Source: an uncultured Alphaproteobacteria bacterium (lineage in GTDB: Bacteria; Pseudomonadota; Alphaproteobacteria; RF32; CAG-239). Taken from it: a stretch of DNA of 64,000 nt. The position numbers were made by a program, and so were the translations under genes. The notes beneath the pieces are model-generated. The model did no database searches, was not told where the DNA came from, and was given only the letters and a program-made list of their open reading frames with translations. Positions 38,069 through 47,538 of this stretch are shown one piece after another. The stretch spans positions 286-64,285 of the forward strand of contig CALXTD010000003.1 of assembly GCA_944391315.1 (NCBI GenBank). The letters are read 5' to 3'. How positions within the stretch are numbered: position 1 is the first letter of the stretch; each line of letters opens with the position of its first letter.

Positions 38069-39039
38069 TGCAAATATTAGATTTTGATAGCAATGTTTTT
38101 ATGGCACCAATGGCCGGAATAACCGATAAGCCATTAAGAAAGCTGGTGTCGTCACTCGGAAAAGGCGTTATGGTCTCAGAGATGGTCGCTATTAATGCCA
38201 TTCAAAGAAAAAATCCTAAAACCTATCGCATAGCTGATGTGAGGGATGAGGCTTATCCTGTTGTGGTTCAACTGGTAGGCAATGATCCGCTTCTTTTTTC
38301 AGAGGCTGCAAAATTAGCAGAAGAATTAGGGGCTCATTCTCTGGATATTAATATGGGCTGCCCAGTCAAGAAGATTGTGAATAATCAGTCTGGCTCAGCT
38401 TTAATGAAAGACGTAAAACTGGCAGAGAAAATCATCAAATCAGTCGTAGACGCCACTCCGCTAAAGGTGAGTGTCAAGTTTCGCAAAGGCTGGGACGCCT
38501 CAAGCGTAAACGCCGTTGATTTTGCCAAAATGTGTGAAGCTAGCGGTGCTTCATATATAACCATACACGGGCGCACGCGCAGCGCTTTTTATTCCGGCGA
38601 GGCGGATTGGAATATTATCAGAGAGGTAAAAGAAGCCGTTAAAATACCGGTTATTGGTAACGGAGATATAAACACCCCTTATGATGCGGAAAGAATGATA
38701 AAAGAGACCGGAGTTGACGGCGTTATGATTGGCCGTGCCGGATTGGGCAACCCATGGCTGATAAGCCAAACGGATGATTATTTAAGAACTGGAACAGAAC
38801 CAAGAAAAATTCCTGTCACGGAAATAAAAGCTTTTATGCTGAAACATATTGAAGAATTAAGCAACTATTACGGACAAGAAATGGGCCTGGCCATTTCTCG
38901 AAAGTTTGTATGCTGGTACTGTAAAAACTTGCGCGATGCCAAAAGATTTCGCGAAACCTATACCAAAATAAATGACTATCAGCAGGCCATGTCTGCGATA
39001 GATGAATATTTTGACAGTTTTGGAGAAGAAGAGAGATGA
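38068..39039 (+). CDS. dusB: tRNA-dihydrouridine synthase B
   Basis: 323 aa. MAPMAGITD, INMGCPVKK, HGRTR, GNGDI. Confidence 0.92.
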   Translation: MQILDFDSNVFMAPMAGITDKPLRKLVSSLGKGVMVSEMVAINAIQRKNPKTYRIADVRDEAYPVVVQLVGNDPLLFSEAAKLAEELGAHSLDINMGCPVKKIVNNQSGSALMKDVKLAEKIIKSVVDATPLKVSVKFRKGWDASSVNAVDFAKMCEASGASYITIHGRTRSAFYSGEADWNIIREVKEAVKIPVIGNGDINTPYDAERMIKETGVDGVMIGRAGLGNPWLISQTDDYLRTGTEPRKIPVTEIKAFMLKHIEELSNYYGQEMGLAISRKFVCWYCKNLRDAKRFRETYTKINDYQQAMSAIDEYFDSFGEEER

Positions 39040-40394
39040 AAATAATTGTCTGCGGCGCCGGAAGAATAGGCAAAAACATAGTCAGCTATCTTTCGTACGG
39101 AAATAATGACGTAAGCGTTATTGATACAGACCAGCAAAAGCTGGATGAGGTTGCAAAAGAATGGGATGTCTTACCGATTTTAGGCAATGCGGCACATCCT
39201 GAAATATTAGAAAAAGCCGGTGCAGAAAATGCAGATATGATATTAGCACTGACTAATTCTGACGAAGTTAATATGATCGCCTGTCAGGTTGCTGACTATT
39301 TGTTTCATATCAGAAAAAAAATTGCCAGAATAGATGCGGAAGCTTATCAAAATCCAATTTGGTGTGATTTATATAATCCTAATCATATCAATATAGATTT
39401 AATAATTTTTCCTGATATGGCAATTGCTGATGCAATATATGGAATAATAAAAGTACCGGGAGCATCATCAGTCATGCCCTTGGGCGAGAAGAAGATTTAT
39501 ATGCTCTCCATCAAATGCAATGAAAGTTGCCCTCTGATAAAAACCAGCATAGAACATATAGGCCTTGCCGCACCGGAGATAAAATTAGCACCGGTAAGCG
39601 TTGTCAGAAATGGCAAAAACTTTATTCCGACAGGAGAGTTTTGCTTAGAAGCCGGAGATGAGCTTTTCTTTTTAGTCGCGGAAGAAGACATTGAAGAAGC
39701 ACTGCACAGTTTTGGGACCGATCATCCAAGCAACGAAAAAGTGGTGATTTTCGGCGGAAACCAAATATCATTATATCTGGCCCAAAAGTTGGAGGAAGAT
39801 GATAATATCATATCTTGTAAAATAATTGAAGAAGACAGACGTCGAGCCGCCTATCTGGCCAGAGTGTTGGAACACACATCTGTCGTCTGCGGAGAATTGC
39901 TTAGTGATATAATGCTTGAAGAAGCAGATGTCGAAGAGACCGATGTCACGATTTCAACAACTTTACGAGATAAGGACAATTTGCTAGCCTCTTTAATCGC
40001 AAAGAAAAACGGAGCTCATACGACCATATCATTAGTAAATTCAAATTCTTATAATACATTAGTAAGCAATTTGAATGACAGCATCATTGTTGACAGCGCA
40101 TCTGTCACCATATCCGAGATATTAAAAGAATTGCGCAAAGCCAAAATCAGCAAGGCTTATTCCTTAGGTCAAGGCTGCGGAGAGGTGTGGGAAATAAATA
40201 TAGATGAAACCTCGATGATAACGGATAAAAAAATAGTTGAGCTTGATTTACCAGAAAACAGTAAAGTATGCGCCATTATCAGAAACGACGAGATTATCTT
40301 TCCGGAGATATATGAGCGAATTTTAGAAGGCGATAGACTAATTGTTTATTGCGCTTCAAAAGCCATAAAAAAAGTTGAAAAAATATTTTCATAA
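39036..40394 (+). CDS. trkA: Trk potassium uptake system NAD-binding protein TrkA
   Basis: 452 aa. [15 protein letters not shown] Rossmann motif, duplicated RCK N/C modules. ATGA overlap with dusB. Confidence 0.9.
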   Translation: MKIIVCGAGRIGKNIVSYLSYGNNDVSVIDTDQQKLDEVAKEWDVLPILGNAAHPEILEKAGAENADMILALTNSDEVNMIACQVADYLFHIRKKIARIDAEAYQNPIWCDLYNPNHINIDLIIFPDMAIADAIYGIIKVPGASSVMPLGEKKIYMLSIKCNESCPLIKTSIEHIGLAAPEIKLAPVSVVRNGKNFIPTGEFCLEAGDELFFLVAEEDIEEALHSFGTDHPSNEKVVIFGGNQISLYLAQKLEEDDNIISCKIIEEDRRRAAYLARVLEHTSVVCGELLSDIMLEEADVEETDVTISTTLRDKDNLLASLIAKKNGAHTTISLVNSNSYNTLVSNLNDSIIVDSASVTISEILKELRKAKISKAYSLGQGCGEVWEINIDETSMITDKKIVELDLPENSKVCAIIRNDEIIFPEIYERILEGDRLIVYCASKAIKKVEKIFS

Positions 40395-40462
40395 AAAAAA
40401 CTTTACTAATAACAAGAAATGTACTTAAATTAAAAAGAACAAATATAATAAGGAATAAAAAA

Positions 40463-40690
40463 ATGTCACAAAACGTTCAGGAAGATTTTTTAAAAGACTT
40501 ATGCCAAAACAAGATTGCCGTTACGGTATTTTTGGTAAATGGCGTAAAGCTGCAGGGAATAATCACTTGGTTTGATGAAACCTCACTTCTGTTAAGAAGA
40601 GACGGCCACACCCAGTTGATATATAAACATGCCGTATCAACCATAATGCCGGGAACAGCCGTTAATATCGAACTTCCTGAAGTAAAATAA
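40463..40690 (+). CDS. hfq: RNA chaperone Hfq
   Basis: 75 aa. [41 protein letters not shown] is the alphaproteobacterial-type Sm1/Sm2 core. Confidence 0.95.
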   Translation: MSQNVQEDFLKDLCQNKIAVTVFLVNGVKLQGIITWFDETSLLLRRDGHTQLIYKHAVSTIMPGTAVNIELPEVK

Positions 40691-40709
40691 ACACAAGGCT
40701 GACAAAGTC

Positions 40710-42011
40710 TTGAGTAATTTTCAGATAGAGGAGAAAAAGGCGGCAAAAGCCTATATTGTCTTTCCGAATATCACAAATTCGGAACAAAATCTTTCTCCCG
40801 AAGCCAGATTAGAAGAAGCCGTTGGTCTGGCGCGAGCCATAAGCTTGGATATCGCCGGTGCCGAAATTGTAAAATTGAGAGAAATTAAGTCAGGAGCTTA
40901 TTTCGGACAAGGCTATATTGATAAATTGGCAGAAAAATTCAGCCAAGAAAATATAGAACTATTGATTGTTGACGCTGGCCTAAGCCCAATACAACAAAGA
41001 AATCTTGAAAAAAAACTCAAAACAAAGGTTATTGACCGCACGGCGCTAATTCTTGAAATCTTTGGCGAAAGAGCCCAGACCAAAGAAGGAAAACTACAGG
41101 TAGAGCTGGCTCATTTAACTTATCAACGTAGCCGTCTTGTCCGAAGCTGGACCCACTTGGAGCGCCAACGCGGCGGTGCCGGATTTTTAGGCGGCCCCGG
41201 AGAAACCCAAATCGAGCTTGACCGAAGAATTATTGACGATAAAATTGTTCGCATAAAAAAAGAACTGGAAAAAGTCAAAAAGACCAGAGCCTTGCAAAGA
41301 AGCGCAAGACAAAAAGTTCCTTATCCGGTAGTAGCTTTGGTGGGGTATACCAATGCCGGAAAATCAACTTTGTTTAACAGCCTAACTCAAGCCGATGTCT
41401 TTGCCAAAGACTTGCTTTTTGCCACACTTGACACCACCATGAGAAAAATGAAGCTTCCTACCGGACAAGAGGTTATCCTCTCCGATACAGTAGGATTTAT
41501 TTCAGATTTACCTCATGAATTGATAATGGCCTTTCGCGCCACTTTAGAAGAAGTTTTAGCCGCTGATATTGTTGTTCATGTTCGCGATGTGGCTAATCCG
41601 GAAACACAAACACAAAAAAAAGATGTTTTGAATGTTTTGGAACATTTGGGACTAAAACATATTGAAACAGAAGAAAATTATATTGAGCTTTTAAATAAGG
41701 CAGATTTATTAACGCCGGAACAACAAACTTATTACAAAGAACTATCAGAAAGAAATTCTTCTTTGATTGTATGTTCGGCAGTAAGCGGGCAGGGGCTTGA
41801 TGAATTTTTGCAAACCATATCCGAAAAACTCAGCCGAGAAGAAAAAATTCTTGAAATTAACATAGCGGCAGAAAAAGGTAAGGAGATTGCATGGTTATAC
41901 GAAAATTCTGAGGTAATCAGTAGCAATCTTAAAGGAAAAAACATTTCTTTCACTTGTAAAATTTCTAACAAGAATTGCGCCCGCTTAGAAAAAATGCTGC
42001 AAAAAAATTAA
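40710..42011 (+). CDS. hflX: GTPase HflX
   Basis: 433 aa, TTG start. G1 GYTNAGKST, G3 DTVGF, G4 NKAD. Conserved hfq-hflX adjacency. Confidence 0.93.
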   Translation: MSNFQIEEKKAAKAYIVFPNITNSEQNLSPEARLEEAVGLARAISLDIAGAEIVKLREIKSGAYFGQGYIDKLAEKFSQENIELLIVDAGLSPIQQRNLEKKLKTKVIDRTALILEIFGERAQTKEGKLQVELAHLTYQRSRLVRSWTHLERQRGGAGFLGGPGETQIELDRRIIDDKIVRIKKELEKVKKTRALQRSARQKVPYPVVALVGYTNAGKSTLFNSLTQADVFAKDLLFATLDTTMRKMKLPTGQEVILSDTVGFISDLPHELIMAFRATLEEVLAADIVVHVRDVANPETQTQKKDVLNVLEHLGLKHIETEENYIELLNKADLLTPEQQTYYKELSERNSSLIVCSAVSGQGLDEFLQTISEKLSREEKILEINIAAEKGKEIAWLYENSEVISSNLKGKNISFTCKISNKNCARLEKMLQKN

Positions 42012-42093
42012 GCTCAGCCACTCCAAAAACAAATTAAACAGATTATATCAAGCTTTGCTAAATTAGAGAAATAATAATGATGGAGTAAAGCTT

Positions 42094-42978
42094 ATGCTAA
42101 AATTTGAGGCAATATCTCTTGAAAAAATGGACCAGTATTTAGACATCAAAAAAAGATGTCCCAGCAAAAACGCTGATGATTCATTTTTTTTCATGTGGGC
42201 ATGGAAAGAATTATATAATTACGAATGGGCTTTTTCCGGCAATATGTGTTGGGTCAGATATTATTACGACGGAAAAATCTATTACAAAATCCCAATAGGA
42301 ATATGGAAACAAAAAAATTGGATAAACCTCTTTGCCAGAAAGTTACCGCCTCATTCCGAATTACGCAATGTCAGCGAAGACTTTGCCTTAAGGCTGCTCC
42401 GAAAGGATAATGACCATTTCACTTTTCGTGAAGATCCGGACACAATGGAATATATCTATAAAAGACAAGATATAACAGAACTTCCGGGAAAAAAATTTCA
42501 TGTCAAAAGACAGCATGTTAATTTTTTTGAAAAAATTTATGAGTACGAACAAAAAGAAATAGAAGAAGATGATATCAAAGATATCCAAATGCTCTTCCAG
42601 TTTGAACAACGGCAAACCTTAGGAGATTATGATCCCGAATTTTCCGAAGAAGAATATATCGCTTTGAATAGAATTTTAAAAAACTGGAAAATTTTCAAAC
42701 CTCATTTGATAGGAAAAATTCTAATTGTTCAAAACCAACCGGTCAGCTTTATAATTGGCGAAAAGCAAAATAATAATAACCTACAGATTTTGTTTGAAAA
42801 ATCTTTGAGTAATATCAAAGGAGCAGGTCCAACCAATTGCAAACTTTTTGCTCAAGCTTTTCCTGAGGCAAAATATATCAACTGGGGACAAGACTTTGGA
42901 CAAGCCGAACTCAGACGACTAAGATGCAGCAATAAACCTTGCGGTTTTATAAAAAAATTTAATGCTAAAATTGCATAA
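42094..42978 (+). CDS. DUF2156-like (phosphatidylglycerol lysyltransferase C-terminal / GNAT-fold-like) protein, tentative
   Basis: 294 aa. The N-terminal pattern DDSFFFMWAWKELYNYEWAFSGNMCWV is what I remember from DUF2156 proteins. AT-rich gene. Confidence 0.45.
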   Translation: MLKFEAISLEKMDQYLDIKKRCPSKNADDSFFFMWAWKELYNYEWAFSGNMCWVRYYYDGKIYYKIPIGIWKQKNWINLFARKLPPHSELRNVSEDFALRLLRKDNDHFTFREDPDTMEYIYKRQDITELPGKKFHVKRQHVNFFEKIYEYEQKEIEEDDIKDIQMLFQFEQRQTLGDYDPEFSEEEYIALNRILKNWKIFKPHLIGKILIVQNQPVSFIIGEKQNNNNLQILFEKSLSNIKGAGPTNCKLFAQAFPEAKYINWGQDFGQAELRRLRCSNKPCGFIKKFNAKIA

Positions 42979-42980
42979 AA

Positions 42981-43940
42981 CTATTTTTCTAAAGAATACA
43001 AAGGGTTAGTGACGCGTCTAATATTTTTTAGTGCTAGGAAATCACTTTTCATCTTTTCTAAAAAGGCTTTGTTCGGATATTGTGGAGAAATTTTGTTTAC
43101 CAAATAAACCACAAATGCCTTAGAAAAATAAGGAAGAAGAGAAGTCTTACGCGTCATTTTCCAATAAGCCGAAACCGCTTTGCGATACATAAGGCGCAGA
43201 GCTGTTTCCGGCAAATTGGGATTATCAAGAATTGCATCACAATAGGCCAAGAAACGATCATGATCAAGTTGAAGCTTGTTTCCTGAAAAATTTCCAATTT
43301 CTTTTGGAACCAAAACCACATCAGCATCTATTTTAACCACGCCATGAGCATGAATGGCACAACGCAGCGGAATAGATTCGTCTTGAATAAATACGCGTTC
43401 ATCAGCGCCTTTAGCTTTTTTCAAAACCGAAGTCTTGATGAGCTGCCCCATACGGGTAAAACGTCCGTTAAGCACCCCAAGCAATGCATCTTGATTATAA
43501 GAATACGAAAATTCACCGATTGTTTCGTTGGTCAATTCTTCGGGAAGCTTTCCTGTCTTAGAAAAACAACCATAAACCATATCTGCATCAAGCTCTTTGG
43601 CAATATCTAACATCTTTCTGGTAGAATTAATCGGAAAAATATCATCAGAATCAAGCATTCGCACATATTCGCCATGGGAGAGGGCGATTCCTTGGTTAAT
43701 TCTTGGGCTAATACCGCGATTATCCTTATTTTCTACCAAAATAACATTAGGAACATCTTTGGTATATTTTTTTATGATATCTACGGAACGATCGGTTGAT
43801 AAATCATCAATAAAAATAAATTCCGGATTCTCAAGCCCATCTTGGTTTAACAAAGCCTTTAGAACCGAGGGCAGATAATATTCTTTGTTATAAACCGTCA
43901 TAACAAAGCTGACATCAATATTTTTATTATTTTGCATCAT
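42981..43940 (-). CDS. Family 2 glycosyltransferase
   Basis: 319 aa. VSFVMTVYNKEYYLPSVLKALLNQ, IFIDDLSTDRS, LDSDD. Confidence 0.8.
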   Translation of the reverse strand: MMQNNKNIDVSFVMTVYNKEYYLPSVLKALLNQDGLENPEFIFIDDLSTDRSVDIIKKYTKDVPNVILVENKDNRGISPRINQGIALSHGEYVRMLDSDDIFPINSTRKMLDIAKELDADMVYGCFSKTGKLPEELTNETIGEFSYSYNQDALLGVLNGRFTRMGQLIKTSVLKKAKGADERVFIQDESIPLRCAIHAHGVVKIDADVVLVPKEIGNFSGNKLQLDHDRFLAYCDAILDNPNLPETALRLMYRKAVSAYWKMTRKTSLLPYFSKAFVVYLVNKISPQYPNKAFLEKMKSDFLALKNIRRVTNPLYSLEK

Positions 43941-43959
43941 CGTTACCGTATATTTTTAT

Positions 43960-44979
43960 TTATTGTTGAAGAAAAGAAGGCAAAGACGGCTCTTCGCTAC
44001 CCTCAAAAGAAATTAACTGCTGAGGAACAATGTCAGATGATTCTTCGCCCGATACATTTGCGACAGGCTCAACCTGCTCAACAACCTCAGAATTAATAGC
44101 TTTTTGTAATTGATTACTAATATCTTGAGGAATAGGAGCCTCTTGTACTTCCGGTACAACCACCGGCATGTTCTGCGGCTCGGCTTGGATATCAGGAAGC
44201 GGCGCCGGAGTTTCTACGTCTGGAATAAGATTTTGCGGCCCCTCTTGCGGCATTTCATCAGGAATGTAAACATCGTCTGTTTCATAGACATTTTCTTCTA
44301 TTTTCAGCGGCAAATCTTCTTGAATAGATTTAACCTGAATTTCAGCATTATCAGCAGGAAGCTCAATCGGCTGAGCCGGAGGATTCGGCTGAGAAGTATT
44401 CGCTTCTGTAGATAAAGGAGCCGAAGCCTCTGCCGGTAAAATATTCTCTGGTTCATCATTATTCTGTTCTGCCGAAGCATCTTTCGCAGGCGCTGTTTCC
44501 TCTTTGTTAGCAGCTTCAGAGCTTGTATCTGCAACCGGAATAATCTCATCACGAGCAGCCAACTGTTCGGGGGTTAAAAGCTTTGTCTTATCAACTTCAG
44601 AATCAACACATTGTAACAACCAAACATCATAAATCGGATGTTCAATCGCATTCAGCGCCGGACTGGAAGAAATCATCCATCCCTTGAAAATATTAGAAAC
44701 AGTTCCGTCTTCTTGCTTGTCAACGACATCAACAAAAGCAAAGTTATCAGGAGCTTCCTCGGGAGGTCTTGTTTTGCAAGCACGAACAACAATAGAAAAA
44801 CTCCCGAATTGAGCTTCTCCGTTAACCGGAACATCAATAACCGAAACACGACCGGTCAGCTTATTCATGGCTTGAAGTTTAGCCGTGTTTGTTTCAATCT
44901 CGGTTGCTTGAACATTAAGAGTCGCGGCGCTCAAAGAAAGCGCCAACGCAGCAGAAAAATTAATTATTTTCTTTACCAT
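43960..44979 (-). CDS. DUF2155-domain periplasmic protein with a long Pro/Glu/Gln-rich C-terminal tail
   Basis: Signal peptide, then LNKLTGRVSVIDVPVNGEAQFGSFSIVVRACKTRPPEEAPDNFAFVDV (DUF2155-like). About 190 aa of low-complexity acidic Pro-rich sequence follow. Confidence 0.55.
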   Translation of the reverse strand: MVKKIINFSAALALSLSAATLNVQATEIETNTAKLQAMNKLTGRVSVIDVPVNGEAQFGSFSIVVRACKTRPPEEAPDNFAFVDVVDKQEDGTVSNIFKGWMISSSPALNAIEHPIYDVWLLQCVDSEVDKTKLLTPEQLAARDEIIPVADTSSEAANKEETAPAKDASAEQNNDEPENILPAEASAPLSTEANTSQPNPPAQPIELPADNAEIQVKSIQEDLPLKIEENVYETDDVYIPDEMPQEGPQNLIPDVETPAPLPDIQAEPQNMPVVVPEVQEAPIPQDISNQLQKAINSEVVEQVEPVANVSGEESSDIVPQQLISFEGSEEPSLPSFLQQ

Positions 44980-45421
44980 TGTCGGTCACCATAAAGATAA
45001 TTTCGCCAACCATATCTTCTATTGTCTTAAAGTCTTTGACATTAGTGATAACATCACCGTTTTGCAAAAACTCAGAGCTGTGTCCCGGCTCGATTTTAAT
45101 AAATTTATCACCAACCAAGCCATCACCGACGATAACAGCCGTACTGTCTTTAGGCAACTTAATGTCAGAGGCCAAACTCATAACAATCTCGGCATCATAA
45201 TTTTCGTTATCTAACTTTTGCGAAATAACCGTTCCGACCTTAATGCCGTTAATCCGCACATCAGAACCGACGGTTAAACCACCGACTTTAAGAAAACGAG
45301 CGGTAACCTCATAACCTTTAACCACTTGCAAATCAGAAACCTTATAAGCAAAGTAGAGAAAGAACGCCGCAACAAAGAGAACAACGACACCCATAATAGT
45401 TTCCATAGGTCTTTTATTCAT
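44960..45421 (-). CDS. mlaD: Outer-membrane lipid asymmetry maintenance protein MlaD (MCE domain)
   Basis: 153 aa. METIMGVVVLFVAAFFLYFAY anchor and MCE core (YEVTARFLKVGGLTVGSDVRINGIKVGTV). Confidence 0.8.
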   Translation of the reverse strand: MNKRPMETIMGVVVLFVAAFFLYFAYKVSDLQVVKGYEVTARFLKVGGLTVGSDVRINGIKVGTVISQKLDNENYDAEIVMSLASDIKLPKDSTAVIVGDGLVGDKFIKIEPGHSSEFLQNGDVITNVKDFKTIEDMVGEIIFMVTDNGKENN

Positions 45422-45439
45422 AACACAAACCTTTCAAAA

Positions 45440-45955
45440 TTACTTATTTTCTGATTTATTAGCTTTACCGATAGAGATGATGCGGTCAATGAGTTCTTCA
45501 ATAACCATAGCATCTTGAGTATAGGAGAATTCGCCCCCGGGCATAATAAAGTCAAAAGACCCACCAGGCTCGATTTCAATATATTTTTTACCCATAATAC
45601 CTGAGCTGACGATAGAGGCGCTGCTGTCATCGGGAATTTTAACATTTTCATTAATATCAAGGGTAAGAATGGCTCTAAAGTCTTTATCCAGCTGAGCATT
45701 AACCACTTTTCCGATATTAACGCCGGCCATACGCACCAAATCACCAACCAACAATCCGTCTGTTCGACCAAATCGAGCATTAACTTCATAAGATTCGCCA
45801 TTATCAAGTTCGGCCGCATCATGCCGCCCAAAAACCGTCAGCAAAACCACAACAGCAATAACCAATGCGGCATAAAGACCGGTTTTAATGGCTTTGGCTT
45901 CTTCTTTTGAATAAAATTCAGGCACCTGAAACACTCCTAAAAAACAAAAATTCAT
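45440..45955 (-). CDS. Second MlaD-like MCE-domain protein
   Basis: 171 aa. TM anchor plus MCE core (YEVNARFGRTDGLLVGDLVRMAGVNIGKV), collinear with the downstream MlaD. Confidence 0.7.
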   Translation of the reverse strand: MNFCFLGVFQVPEFYSKEEAKAIKTGLYAALVIAVVVLLTVFGRHDAAELDNGESYEVNARFGRTDGLLVGDLVRMAGVNIGKVVNAQLDKDFRAILTLDINENVKIPDDSSASIVSSGIMGKKYIEIEPGGSFDFIMPGGEFSYTQDAMVIEELIDRIISIGKANKSENK

Positions 45956-46081
45956 ATATATTGATAGAACAAAATAAAGATTTTGTCACCAACTTTTAAA
46001 GAAAATAAAAAAATTGTTAAAATTTAAAAATAAATTGGTAGAATAAGAAGGCATTAAGCGATTCATTTATTAGGGGACAAA

Positions 46082-46801
46082 ATGATAAGCATAGAAAAAA
46101 TCAGTAAAAACTTTGGAGCAGTAACCGCATTACAAGACATCAGCTTCAAAATAAATTATGGAGAAATAGTTGCCTTGCTTGGGCCAAACGGCGCCGGAAA
46201 AACCACCCTGATAAGATTAATGACAGGCTTGTTGTCCCCAGATGCCGGAAAAATAAAATATGATGAAGAAGAAATCTCCGCCGACAGAGTTAAAGTTCTG
46301 CAAAAAATAGGGTACATACCGGAGAATGCCCCATTATATAATGAAATGACTCCATATGAATTTTTAAAATTTACTTCTGATATCTGGGATATAAAAGAAC
46401 AAATTTTTTCAGACCGGCTTGAACAATTAATAAACAAGCTAGAGCTAAAAACAGTTATGAGTCGCCCGATAGGAGACCTATCCAAAGGTTATAGACATCG
46501 CGTGGCTATTGCCGGAGCACTCATTCATGGCCCCAAAATTTTAATCATGGACGAGCCGTCAGAAGGCCTTGACCCAAACCAAAAATATGGCTTGAGAAGA
46601 TTTATCAAAGATTTTTCTACCCAAGGCGCCGTAATTATATCAACACATATTATGGAAGATGTTGACGCCATTGCAGACAGAATAGTTATGATAAACAAAG
46701 GCAAGCTTGTTGCCGACACAACCCCGATGCGTCTAAAATATCAAATGCCGGAAAGAGATTTAAGCAGTGCCTTCCGCCGTATTACCGAAACCAACAAATA
46801 A
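46082..46801 (+). CDS. ABC transporter ATP-binding protein (ABC-2 / GldA-like)
   Basis: Walker A GPNGAGKTT, signature LSKGYRHR, Walker B ILIMDEPSEGLD. Confidence 0.9.
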   Translation: MISIEKISKNFGAVTALQDISFKINYGEIVALLGPNGAGKTTLIRLMTGLLSPDAGKIKYDEEEISADRVKVLQKIGYIPENAPLYNEMTPYEFLKFTSDIWDIKEQIFSDRLEQLINKLELKTVMSRPIGDLSKGYRHRVAIAGALIHGPKILIMDEPSEGLDPNQKYGLRRFIKDFSTQGAVIISTHIMEDVDAIADRIVMINKGKLVADTTPMRLKYQMPERDLSSAFRRITETNK

Positions 46802-46815
46802 AGAAAGCTAAGCAA

Positions 46816-47523
46816 ATGAACAAACAGATAAAAGCCATTTTTGCCAAAGAGTTTTATGGATATTTCAGAAGCATATCAGCTTACTTCATCATCGGGCTAT
46901 ACATCGCCTTAAGCCTTTTGAGCAGCTTTATTTTTGGTAATTTTTTCGAGATAGACAACCAAAGTATGATATCTTTTTTCAAATATCAACCGGACATTTT
47001 GGCGGTTTTAATCCCCGGAATAACTATGCACCTATGGGCAGATGAATATCGCTCGGGAACAATAGAGTTTATTTTAACACAACCAATAAAATATAAAGAT
47101 ATCGTTATCGGAAAATATCTGGCTGCAGCTTCTTTTTCGTTGCTAATGCTGTCAACCATCATACCACAAACAATAGTCGTAATGCTGTATAATGATATTA
47201 ACCTCAGCGCCGTTACGTCAGCGTTTGTCAGCTGTTTGCTGATTACTTTATCATTTTGCGCAATCGGAGAGTTAGTTTCTTCCATAAGCAACAAGCCTGT
47301 GATAGCATATCTCGGAAGCATATTTGTGATCTGGAGCATTACCATGTTTGCTCCTGATATTTTGACTGAAAGCACAGAACTTTCAGCCTTAAGCTTTCAC
47401 GAAAACTATCAAAACCTGATAAATGGAAAAATAGAGTTGTCTTCGGTAATCTATTATATAAGCATGGCCGGAGCAGGGCTCTGGGCCACCGTCGCAATAA
47501 TCAGCAATCGAAACAAAATATAA
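46816..47523 (+). CDS. ABC-2 family permease (GldF-like)
   Basis: 235 aa, multi-TM, with a DEYRSGTIEFILTQPI block typical of GldF-like ABC-2 permeases. Confidence 0.75.
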   Translation: MNKQIKAIFAKEFYGYFRSISAYFIIGLYIALSLLSSFIFGNFFEIDNQSMISFFKYQPDILAVLIPGITMHLWADEYRSGTIEFILTQPIKYKDIVIGKYLAAASFSLLMLSTIIPQTIVVMLYNDINLSAVTSAFVSCLLITLSFCAIGELVSSISNKPVIAYLGSIFVIWSITMFAPDILTESTELSALSFHENYQNLINGKIELSSVIYYISMAGAGLWATVAIISNRNKI

Positions 47524-47538
47524 ACAACCGGAGGAAAT

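Noticed and set aside
44110-45831. Alternative-frame and antisense ORFs over the DUF2155 tail and the MlaD genes (44110..44415, 44304..44552, 44638..44994, 44979..45200, 45418..45831)
   Set aside because: They overlap ORFs with recognisable MCE and DUF2155 sequence. They arise from low-complexity composition.
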